DNA from: Octopus vulgaris
Taxonomy: Eukaryota
Length of the DNA: 64,000 bases
Reading direction: 5' to 3'
NCBI GenBank assembly: GCA_951406725.2
Contig: OX597823.1
Span: forward strand, 4,588,001 to 4,652,000
The position numbers and the translations under genes were made by a program. Of the stretch, positions 53,417-64,000 are shown piece by piece. The notes under the pieces were generated by a model that ran no database searches, was not told the origin of the DNA, and was given only the letters and a program-made list of their open reading frames with translations. Numbering within the stretch: the stretch's first letter is position 1; each line of letters opens with the position of its first letter.

Positions 53417-53850
53417 CGGTGGGCTTCATTCAGTTTCCATCTACCAAATCCACTCACAAAGCTTTGGTCAGCCCGACGCTATAGTAGGAGACACTTGCCC
53501 AAGGTGCCACACAGTGGGACTGAACCCAGAACCACTCCTGCACCTATGACCATATTTCTGTTGAAATACATTATATTTGTTTCAATTAGTGAACAACATA
53601 TTAAGTAATTGTCATTATTAATCCTTTTAATCTTAATCTGCCTGGGACTGTAGGTGCCAACACGAACCTGATCTAAAAGTATCAGGACTGGTGCTATAAA
53701 AAACCACTTGCAACAGATATCAATTTGGCATTTAATCTCCTTCGAAGTAGACCCCTTCTGAATCATTCCTGGGACTCCTTTTTTGGGGGATAGCTAGCAG
53801 CTGTCACATTGCATTCTCTTGGATTTCCTCAACATCTTGAAATCTTACAG

Positions 53851-54294
53851 TTCTATTTTTAAGAGATGAGGAATTTATTTACATTATTTACATTATTTAT
53901 AATTGACGGATATATGTCCTTATCTTGTTTGTTATTGACACGTTTCGGCTGATATACCTTTCATCAGGTATTTTGGGGAAATTTCGAACCTGGGTTCTCA
54001 TTCCTAAGGTATTTTTCGTTGTTGTTGTTGTTGTTATTACTGTTATTATTATTATTATCATCATCATTCAGGTCACTGTCTGGAATCGAACTCGGAATCT
54101 CGGGGTTAGTAGCCAGCGCTCTTAACCACTACGCCATAATAACAACATCGAAAAATACCCTAGGAATGAGAACCCAGGTTCAAAACTTCCCTAAGACACC
54201 TGATGAAGGCTGGAGGGTATATCAGCCGAAACATTGTGTTAAAAACAAACAAGATGGGGACAAATATCCGTCAATTGTAAATAATGTAAATAAT
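53851..54294. mobile_element. tRNA-headed, hammerhead-bearing Penelope-like element: minus copy 53851-54137 with inverted headless copy 54138-54294
   Basis: Same family and architecture as 29900-30396. Confidence 0.78.
54195..54240 (+). ncRNA. Minimal type-I hammerhead ribozyme motif
   Basis: GACAC-CTGATGA-A-GGCTG-GAGGGTATAT-CAGCC-GAAA-CA-T-T-GTGTT: stem I (G)ACAC/GTGT(T), stem II GGCTG/CAGCC, minimal stem III. Confidence 0.65.
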
Positions 54295-56619
54295 TTTGAA
54301 ATCTTGTTTGGGTTTCTCACTGTGATGACAAGAGCCTTGGTTCCTGGGTCATAACCATAAATCCACTGTCTGTCACCTGTTATGACCATTTTCAAAAAGG
54401 TCATCTTTCTCAACCTGATCAAGGAGATCCTGCACAGCTGAAACCCAATCTTGCTTTTGAGGCGGCCACACCCTACACACCTTCCTTCCTTCCAAGCACT
54501 GCTGTAAACAACGGAAGTGAGGCAGAACATTATAAGTGCATGCATGGCAGAGTTCAATGTCAATTTGTGTCAAGTGGCTCCACTCTACATACTATAGCTC
54601 TTCTACCGATAGCAACAGTCCCAATACTTTTAGACCAGGCCTCATGAATATATATACAAGTAGAAAAATAATAGTGACAAGAAGTATTAATAGCAAAAGG
54701 TAATATTTATAGCAACTTAAAAAGTGCTGCCTAGCCACAGATGCCAAGGAAGGCCGAGATCAGGTGGCCTGGCAGTTTCAGCAGCAGATCTTCCGACCAG
54801 TGACAGAAACAGGAGTTCTTTTATGCACCACAAGGCCATAAGAGAGGTTGTCTCATGGTAAATGATCCAGCATTGTGTGTTCTAACACAGCATCCACTAT
54901 TAAGTGGGGATAAATATAAGGCTTCTTTCAGTTTCCAGCTACAAAAGGATTTGATTGGCCAGAGACTGTACAGGAGGCACATGCCCAAGGTGCCATGCAG
55001 TGGGGCTGAACCTAAAACCACACAGCCATGCCTCCGATGAAGTAAGAAAACTATGTATAACAGTGAAGGCTCAGGAGATGGTTAACCCTTTAGCATTCAG
55101 ATTTCTCTTTCAAATGTAATGCTTATTTACTCTCATTGTTTTGAATTAATCCTGCATTTTTAAGTCGGTGCTTGGAATATAAATTAACATGAAATGTTGA
55201 GAGATTCCAATTGAAATCACTTTGAAACAGGAAGCCTTTATCATATACAGTGGTTGGTGTTAGGAAGGGCATCCAGCCATAGACACCCATGCCAAATCAG
55301 ACTGGAGTCTTGTGCAGCTCCCCAGCTCTTGTCAAACCATCCGACCCATACCAGCGTGGACAACAAACATTAAATGATGATAATGGTGCGGAACCAGGAG
55401 CAAGCTTAGATGGGTTGGTATGAAAAGGATATCAAAATAAGAGTTATGTAAATATAAGAATAAAAACTGTACATAACAGAGACAAGAGATGCTAAATAAA
55501 ATATAAAGACAGAGCTCCGGGCACAAGAATGGGTGTCCAGTTAAGAAGTTGGCTTCCCAACCACATGGTTTCAGGATCAATCCCAATGCATGGTCACTTG
55601 GGAAAGTGTCTTCTATAAGCACAAGCTAACCAAAGCTTTGTGAGCAGATTTGATACATGGAAACTGAAAGAAGCCTATCATATATTGGTGTGAGTGTGTG
55701 ATATTGTAAATGAGTGCCATTGTCATACAGTGTTATTCACTTCCAATGAAAGATGTTTAAAAGTGGAGAAATAGTACCTCACTTGGAAACAAGTGAGGGT
55801 TGGCAACAGGAAGGGTATCCCAGCCATTGAAAACCTGCCTCAATGAATTCTATCTGACCCACGCAAACATGGGAAGATGAACATTAAAATCATGATGTTT
55901 TTTTTTAAATATATAAAAACAGTAGTAAAAAGAAAATTGAACTTTGAATTCAAGAATATATAATTTCTCATTCATCATCATCATCATCATCATCATCGTT
56001 TAACGTCCGTTTTCCGCGCTAGCACGGGTTGGACGGTTTGACCGGGGTCTGGGGAGCCAGGGGCTGCTCCAGGCCCCAGTCTGACCTGGCAGTGTTTCTA
56101 CAGCTGGATGCCCTTCCTAACGCCAACCACTCCGCGAGTGTAGTGGGTGCTTTTTACGTGCCACCTGCACAGGTGCCAGAGGGGTCTGGCATCGGCCACG
56201 ATCGGTTGGTGCTTTTTATGTGCCACCGGCACAGAAGCCAGTCGAGGCGGTGCTGGCATCGGCCACATTCGGATGGTGCTTTTTATGTGGGGAAAAATAA
56301 TATAACAACAATGAATTAAATGTAGCATTATCTAAGACTTGGTAAAAATGCCATCCCAATAATTGGTTAATTGAAACAAAAAATCAAGTCACTAATGCTA
56401 AATAGAATAATTGTTGAGCAATCATATATTTTTATAACAATATACTGCCAAAAGGCCACTATTTCTAGCAGTTTGAGTGACAACCTATAAGATCACAAGT
56501 TTACTTGTAATTTAGATGGGTTTAGGGAGTTGATAATATGGGACTGGGGTTTCTCTAGTAAGCCAATAAGAGAAGGGTTAATTGAAGAAATTTACTCATT
56601 CATATTGCATGTATATATA

Positions 56620-56686
<67 letters not shown>

Positions 56687-58499
56687 ATATAAACTTCATT
56701 GAACAATGATAAATTACTAATAAATTCTTTTTAATAACAAGATATGAATCTGAAGAATGCTTTTAGAAATGATTGTTGCTAATTATGAGTAGAATTATAA
56801 AACAAAAAAAAAGAGATATTAGAATACAGGACATTCTTTGATAATAATATAATCTATCACAAAGCTCTGACAGAAGTTCTCACATGGATGAGTCACAATC
56901 TATTTGTCTTTTTTTTTCCTTCTGTCTTTTTAAATCTTATGTGAATATAAAACAAAAAAAAAGATGTAAATCTATATATTTGGTCACACAACATAGGGTC
57001 ACATATTTGCTGTCCAGTTTTGTTTTTATTTCTTTCTTTTTTAATACAGAATGGAAATTATGAATTTACAAGAAAAAAAAACACAACAGAAATTATCAAG
57101 TCAGGTGACCATTATTTCAGGTTTAGAATTGGCACCGTATAATTAATAAAAGGAAGTGAAAAATAATAAGATTTTTAGTTCAGAAAATTACTAATTACTT
57201 TCATGGAAACTGGTTATATTTGTGAAAAACTGCCAACTGGACTTAATAATGGAGAAAAGTGAAATTCTTATGTTGAAAATTAAGGAATTAAGGACAAAGA
57301 AACAGAGACGTGGGGAAGAGAGGGGGTGTCATTGAGGAGGTCACAATAGCAACAAAGTCATTCAGACAAATCTAGCTGACTGACTGAACAATTAGTCAAA
57401 CACTTGATTAGTTAATTCATTAAATAGTTAACTGACTAATAATAATAATAAAAGAAGTAAAATCAAACCAGTGCATTTGTTTACTATTGGCATGAATGAC
57501 TCTCCCAAAAATACACAAAAATTCAGGACAAAATATTTGGGTTCAAATTTTGGCACAAGGCCAGCAATTTAGGGAGGAGGAGGAGGCTAGTTGATTACAC
57601 TGATCCCAGAACTCAACTGAAACATTTTATTGACCTTGAAAAGATGAAAGGCAAAATCAGCCTTTGCAGAATTTAAACTCAGACCACAAATGATGAATGA
57701 AATGCCACTAAAGCATTTTGCCTAGTGCCCTAACAATTGTGCCAACTCACCATCTCAAGGACCAAATATTGAGAAATATGTAAATGAAGCATTCGGTTTT
57801 TATTTCCTCATTGTTTTTATGAGTTTGTGTGAAGAAAAGAGGAAATGCTATTTAGGATTTCCTAGACAGGGGCCAGTTAATGTCCATCCTGAAGTTTTGT
57901 AGTTGCAGAGAAAGGTGTAGTTGCGTGGATGAGAAGTTTACTTCCAAACCATGTGGTTTTGGGTTCAGCCCCACTACGTGGCAACATGAGGCCACCAAGA
58001 GCCTTGTTAGTCCATTTGGTAAATGAAAACTGAAAGAAGCTCATCATGTGTGTGTGTGTCTTTGCATTTCCCTAGCTTCCTGATGGAGGGGGTTGCTTCC
58101 AGTACTCAATACAAAACCTGTCCCAAGTCGTTTCCGGTTCCATAAACCAGATGTTTATCACCTCCCTTGTAAACAAGTAGGGGTTGATGACAAGAAAGGC
58201 ATCTGACAGCAGAGAACTCTGCCCCACATATTCTCATTTAACCAATGCAAGCAAAAATGTTAAAAGTATTATGTTTAGCAAGATTTTGGTAATTTATTTG
58301 CTTTATGCATCAAGTTAGCACAAAAGTAGTCTGGCATTCAAAGTATAGAAGCCATTGTGTTGAAGAGTCTGAAACCACCTTTCTGCCAGTTCTTTGATCC
58401 AATGCTGATGCCAGTTCTTATCCTCTGAGGTGAAGAACTCCTTCGCTGTAGCTTCCACTTCCTCTTCATTGATGAAGCGTCACGAGTGCAGGAAGCGGA

Positions 58500-58730
58500 T
58501 TGGAATAAATAATCATCGAAGGGAGATGTTTTGCCACAGTCCTAACCGGAATAAGCAGTGGTTAAGCAAGAGTCAGTTTCTGAAACCTGTCGCCAAACTT
58601 GGGTGTTTCAAATACAAGGTGATGCTCTGCATCTGGTGGAATGATGATGGAATCTGAATGCTGGGCTGCTTTTGCTTTAACTCCATGAATAAAGCAAACA
58701 CGTTACCAAAATATCGTAAAACTTTTAGCT
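58500..58730 (+). mobile_element. Mariner transposase fragment
   Basis: Translates NRNKQWLSKSQ...KVMLCIWWNDDGI, typical of the region after the first catalytic Asp in mariner transposases. Confidence 0.65.
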
Positions 58731-61700
58731 CAACACAAATATCAAAATGATGATGATGATGATGGAAGTGACATTTCATCGCCATTGTTTTAACATTTAC
58801 TAAGGAATGGTTCTGAAGAAAATGACTTGAGATGTGACACAGAAGATAAACTGTTTAATACCAAACATCTGTATAAAAGCTATTTAGATTTGAATGTAAA
58901 ATTCTATAAAAACCACCTAACATAAAGCTACCAAATAATTTTCATTACTCCACATCAATTTATAAATTGTCACAGACACAGTAGGGACAAGTGTGGTAGT
59001 GTGGTTAAGAAATTCATTTCATAATCATGTGGATTCAGGTTCAGTCCTACTGTGCAGCACCATGAGCAAGGGTCTACTGCTATAGCCCTGGGCTGACCAA
59101 AGCTTTGTGAGTGGATTTGGTAAGAAGAAATTGAAAGAAACCCATTACATACATGTGTGTATGGAATGGTGCATGGCTCATTAATCGTAAACAAGCATCA
59201 CTGTCATACAAGCAGTGTCATTTGTTCGATGTTTAAACGAGGCTTTTGTTTACAAAGAGTACACAGTATGTCAAGAAATACGAAACACTAAGTATATAAT
59301 CCCTTGGTGATGTGATTTTTATGTTTGCTTTCCATGCTAGTATGGGTTGGATGGGTCATTGGACAAATCATCAGAATGCAAGTCAGTTATAAGAAGTCAC
59401 CGCTCTCATAGACTGACATGTACAAGCACCAGTCTACAGTAGCTGTGGCTCCCAATAACAGATGGCTAGGTCTGTGAGGACTCATCCAACCCATGCCAGC
59501 ATGAAAAGCAGACATAAAATGATGATGATAGTTAAGAAATAATCATCACCATCAATTTAATATCCATTTTTCCTTGTTTACGTGAGCCAGATGCACTTCC
59601 TGTTGCCAACCCTTACCTGTTTCCAAGAAAGTAAGATTTTCCACAGACAGACGTTTTTGCATGGAAAATTGGAAACTAACAATATTGTTTGTATAATGGT
59701 GATGTTTGTTCATTTACAATCCTCACAATGCCAAGACAAGGGTACACACAAACACACACATTCATATATTATGGGCTTCTTTCAGTTTCTGTCTAGCACA
59801 TCCACTGACAAGGCTTTTGTCAGCCCCAGGACTATAATGCTGAGACTGAACCCAAGACCACATGATTGGGAAGCAAGCTTTTTAACCACACAGCCATGCC
59901 TGTATCTGCTTACGAACCCATTAGCATTTAAACCAGCCACATCCAGCCAAAATATTGTACCTGTTTTATGTTCCAAGGGGTCAGATCTGGCCTCTCACAC
60001 CTACCCTACAATGTCTTTCTAAAAGTAAGCAATCAAATCATCAAAATCTCACAGCTATGAATTAATGCAGGATTAATTCAAAACGACATAAATAAACGAG
60101 CATTATATTTGACCAAGTGATCTGAATGTTAGAGGGTTAAACACTGAACAATATTCCTGATCAAGGTTAGACTGTAGCAAGCAGCATTCACCTCAATAAT
60201 AGCAGACAGATATCAAAATAATGATTGCAAATGTGTGTATCTTACAAAAGGAAAAATGTATTGTTTTTATGTAAGCCAGGCATTGACAGTTGGCAGATAA
60301 CGAATCAGTGATTATGAATCACTGATTAGGAACAAATTGGCCTAAATATGGAATAACAGCAGAATGGAAACATTAACGCACGGTTGGAAATTTTGAACAA
60401 AGTTTTTAGTTCAGATGGGGGATGTTCTTTTAATTCGTTTCAGTCATTAGACTGTGGCCATGCTGGGACATTCCTTCAAAGAACTTTAGTCAAACAAATC
60501 AACCCCAGTACTTCTTTTTTTTTAAAGCCAGGTACATATTCTATTGGTCTCATTTGTCAAACAGCTAAGTTATAGGGACATAAACACACCAACAGCAGTT
60601 GTCAAGTGGTGGTGGAGGACAAATACAGATGCTAAAACACAAATGTATAAATATAACGGGCTTCATTCAGTTTCCGTCTACCAAATCCACTAACAAGGCT
60701 GCTATAGAAGAAGGCACCTACCCAAGGTGCCACTCAGTCAGACTGAACCTGGAACCATGTGATTGGAAAGCAAGCTTCTTACCACTCAGCCATGCCTGCA
60801 ACTGTTACAGAATTGCACTAATAACATTACCCCCCCACCCAGATTGCAATCAAGTTGATATATAGGCTCAAGAGGAACGCCTTACTCAACGCATATTAGG
60901 ACTCTTGCCGTAATAAGCATACAAAAACCTATCTAGCTTTAATTGTACAGGTCTGTACAAGTCGACTTCAAGAACTTCAAGCGGAAATATTTGCAACTTT
61001 TATCTTTTTTTTCTTTCTTTTTTTTAATATATATATATTTCTCATTTTTCAATGAGTATTTCCTCCAAGTTCTTTTCATGTAGAAAATCTAAACAGTAAA
61101 CAGAAGCAAATGTTGATAAAATCTCTACAGAGTATTTATTGATTCATGAGGGTTATATACAATCTATCAGGAACTGAATTTTTTTTTAAATTATAAAAAT
61201 AAAAATATAAAAAAAAAACAAAATACTATTCCAACTCCTCTTCAAGCAGTTTGACAGGAAACAAGTTGGAAAACAAAAAAGAGAAAAAGAAAAAAAAACA
61301 CCATAAGAGGGTTGCTGCTTAATCTAAGGCAGAACAACACAGTTTCTGACTGGAAAATTATTTTTTATTTTATCATTATTCTTATTTTCTGGTTTAATTA
61401 ATGGCTCACAGGAGTTGGCTTGCTGACAAATTATTCAATAAACCATAATGTTTAAACTCCTAACTGTACTAATAATATATTAAACATAACTATTCAAACT
61501 GGTACAATGAACCTCGCAAGCAAACAATATTCAGCTGTGCAGTAGTATAACTTATACACACATCATAGCTAACTCGTAAAAACAAACCATTTTGTACCGT
61601 CACTATAATTTGGGTGTTATATATTCCTAGTCTATTTCCTAGACTGTGAGAAAGAAAAAGAAAACTTATGGATGGGCTTGCCTCTTCCCCCACATCATCA

Positions 61701-64000
61701 GGATGAAGTTTTTGATGTCTGTCTTCCATGGATTAGCTGGTTTCACAGGATCTGACAAGTCAGAACACTGCATCATGCCCCAATGTCTGCTTTGACATCA
61801 CCTCTACAGCTGTATGTCCTTCCTAACACTAATCTCTTTACAGAAAGTACTGAGTGATTTTCTTTCTTCTTCGATTCCCCTTGTAACACCAGCACTAGGG
61901 AGGTCAAAAGACAATTAATAACTAAATACACACATATCATCATCATCGTTTAACGTCTGCTTTCCATGCTAGCATGGGAAGCCAGAAGGCTGCACCAGGC
62001 TCCAGTCTGATCTGGCAGTGTTTCTACAGCTGGATGCCCTTCCTAATGCCAACCACTCCGAGAGTGTAGTGGGTGCTTTTTACGTGCCACCAGCACAGGG
62101 GCCAGAGGAGGCTGGCAAACGGCCACGATTGGTTGGTGCTTTTACGTGTCACCGACACGGACGCCAGCCAGGCGGCGCTGGCATCTGCCACGTTGGGATG
62201 GTGCTTTTAATGTATCACCGGCACAGGTATCTTAACTACAATTTCCATTTGATTTTCATTTTGATGTTGGTGTTAACGTACCTGACTCAATAGGTCTCCA
62301 TTATCATTTAGTACATTACATTTAATTCGCCATACATTATTCGTTTCATTATCCATCATCTTTTCCTTCACATTTCAGGTATACTGAAGACCCCTTTTTG
62401 CCATTGCTTCAATCTATGTAAATAAAGTGTGGGTGAAAGCAAAGAGTTGTCAGACTTATTTAGTAACCATCGGGCTCACTAGATTACTGTCCCTTTTGAT
62501 TGGGGAGGATTACAGTAGAGAGGAAGCTGCTTCAGACTTCACCAGTCTAACATATGTTAGATCCCAGATTATGATCCCTACATAAGAGTGAGCCTGGTCT
62601 TTAAGTACAAAACATGCCTTTACTAAAATGCCATTCTCACAGTAAGATGGAGCAAATAATTTGCCACTGTAAATCACAGAAAACATTTTCATTGTTGTTT
62701 TAATTAGCCTTCAATAACTGGCATGGAATATCAAATCTGTTCAAACTAATCATCTCCAATATTTCTTTTAATAAACAGCTACCATCAATGCAACCATCTT
62801 AATCATTCCTGCGCTCAGACCAAAGTAATTGTTCATGTGGTGTTACGTTCGTTTATCAACCACAAGGTTTTGGGTTCAGTCCCACTGTGCAACATCTTGG
62901 GCAAGTGTCTTCTACCATAGCCATGGATTTGGTCGACAGAAAACGAAAGGAACCTGTTGTGTGTGTGTGTGCTTGTACCTCCTCCTCATCACAGCAAGTG
63001 GTAGCTGTAAACAAGCACCACTGTCATAGTGGTATCTTTTGTTCCCAATCTTCTGAGACATGCCTGGTGAGAGGGAAATATTACCTGTTTTGGTAACAAG
63101 TAAGGGTTGGTGAGAGGAAGGTCGTCTGGCCATCCCTCACCTATTTCCAAGCAAGGTGATATTCCCTCCTGGTCAGACAGGTCTTTCATGGAAGATTGTA
63201 TGATGGTGATGCTCGTTTACATCCATCACATAATGTGAAGAGAGGGAGACATAATGCACACACGCAAACAGGATGTGCTTCTTTCAGTTTCTATCAACCA
63301 AATCTACCCACAAGACTTTGGTCAGCCCAGGGTTAGAGAAGACGACACTTGTTGAAGGGTTCACACAGTGGAACTGAATTCAAAACCACATGGTTGGAAA
63401 GCAAACTTACCCACACAGCCATATCTGAGTCTGTAAAACAATGATTAATGCAAGAAAAGCAATCTTGGGAAGATAGAAGAGCAATTTTAAAACTCGCATC
63501 AACCAAACAGAAGACATGAGAGAAGGAGATAGGTGTGGTGGCCTAATCTACTAATCTCCCTCAAATCACAGCCAACAGTCTTAAAAATAGAAAGACACTG
63601 GATAATATAATCCCAGAAACGCTAAAGACAGAATGGAACAGTTTGGATCAACAAATGCATGTAATGTGTTGTTGTTTTGCACAGTGCTTAAGATTCAAAT
63701 ATATACCCTTTCTGTGAATGCCAATATTTTTCTGTATAATCTTCGTGCATATATGCATGTATGTATAATGCATATATATATATCATCATCACTGTTGTTG
63801 TTTAACGTCCACCTTCCATGCTGGCACGGGTTGGACAGTTTGACAGGATCTGGCTAGGCTAGAGCCAGCACTAGACTTTTGTGTCTGTTTTGGCATGGTT
63901 TTTACAGCTGGATGCCCTTCCTAAAGCCAACCACCCGGCAGCATGGGCAGAGTGCATTTTACATGGCACAAGCACAGGCTAAGTTAGTTTTGGCATGGTT

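Larger units (their letters stand above)
53661..54646 (-). mobile_element. Internally deleted mariner-like element, interrupted by a hammerhead/Penelope-like insertion
   Basis: Imperfect TIRs CACGAACCTGATCTAAAAGTATCAGGACT / rc CATGAGGCCTGGTCTAAAAGTATTGGGACT; relics VITGDRQWIYGYDP and C-terminal DSEGVYFEGD*. Confidence 0.8.

Noticed and set aside
60303-60327. 11-bp perfect inverted repeat AATCAGTGATT-atg-AATCACTGATT
   Set aside because: Too short and isolated to support a function.
51625-64000. Kinesin-13 exon 1 (expected to end ...I[KQ]R[ST]D + G, phase 1)
   Set aside because: No matching segment found by eye; it probably lies beyond the right edge.

Overview
AT-rich, microsatellite- and SINE-dense eukaryotic genomic DNA. 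The repeat landscape suggests an octopus or other coleoid cephalopod (inference). The window lies inside one intron-rich minus-strand gene encoding a kinesin-13 (KIF2A/MCAK-like microtubule depolymerase). I reconstructed 20 coding exons by hand (51624 down to 22; 1983 nt, about 661 codons). All have AG/GT boundaries and consistent phases, and together they cover the N-terminal domain, SKIP motif, neck, KVD finger, P-loop, switch I/II and C-terminal helix. I could not find exon 1 in the window, and the last exon(s) lie beyond the left edge. The introns hold several tRNA-derived SINE families, TTAA MITEs, a full-length decayed mariner, a deleted mariner, a 2.9-kb Tx1/L1-like LINE, an RTE fragment, a Helitron-like unit and mini/microsatellites. 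The most notable signals are: (i) a repeat family joining a tRNA-like Pol III head, an (AAT)n linker and a minimal hammerhead ribozyme, inserted as inverted pairs as in Penelope-like elements; (ii) a SINE whose 3' tail matches the Tx1-like LINE in the same window; (iii) two intronic duplications of exon 3'-end/donor junctions; (iv) candidate alternative exons. Nearly all ORFs in the supplied track are spurious.
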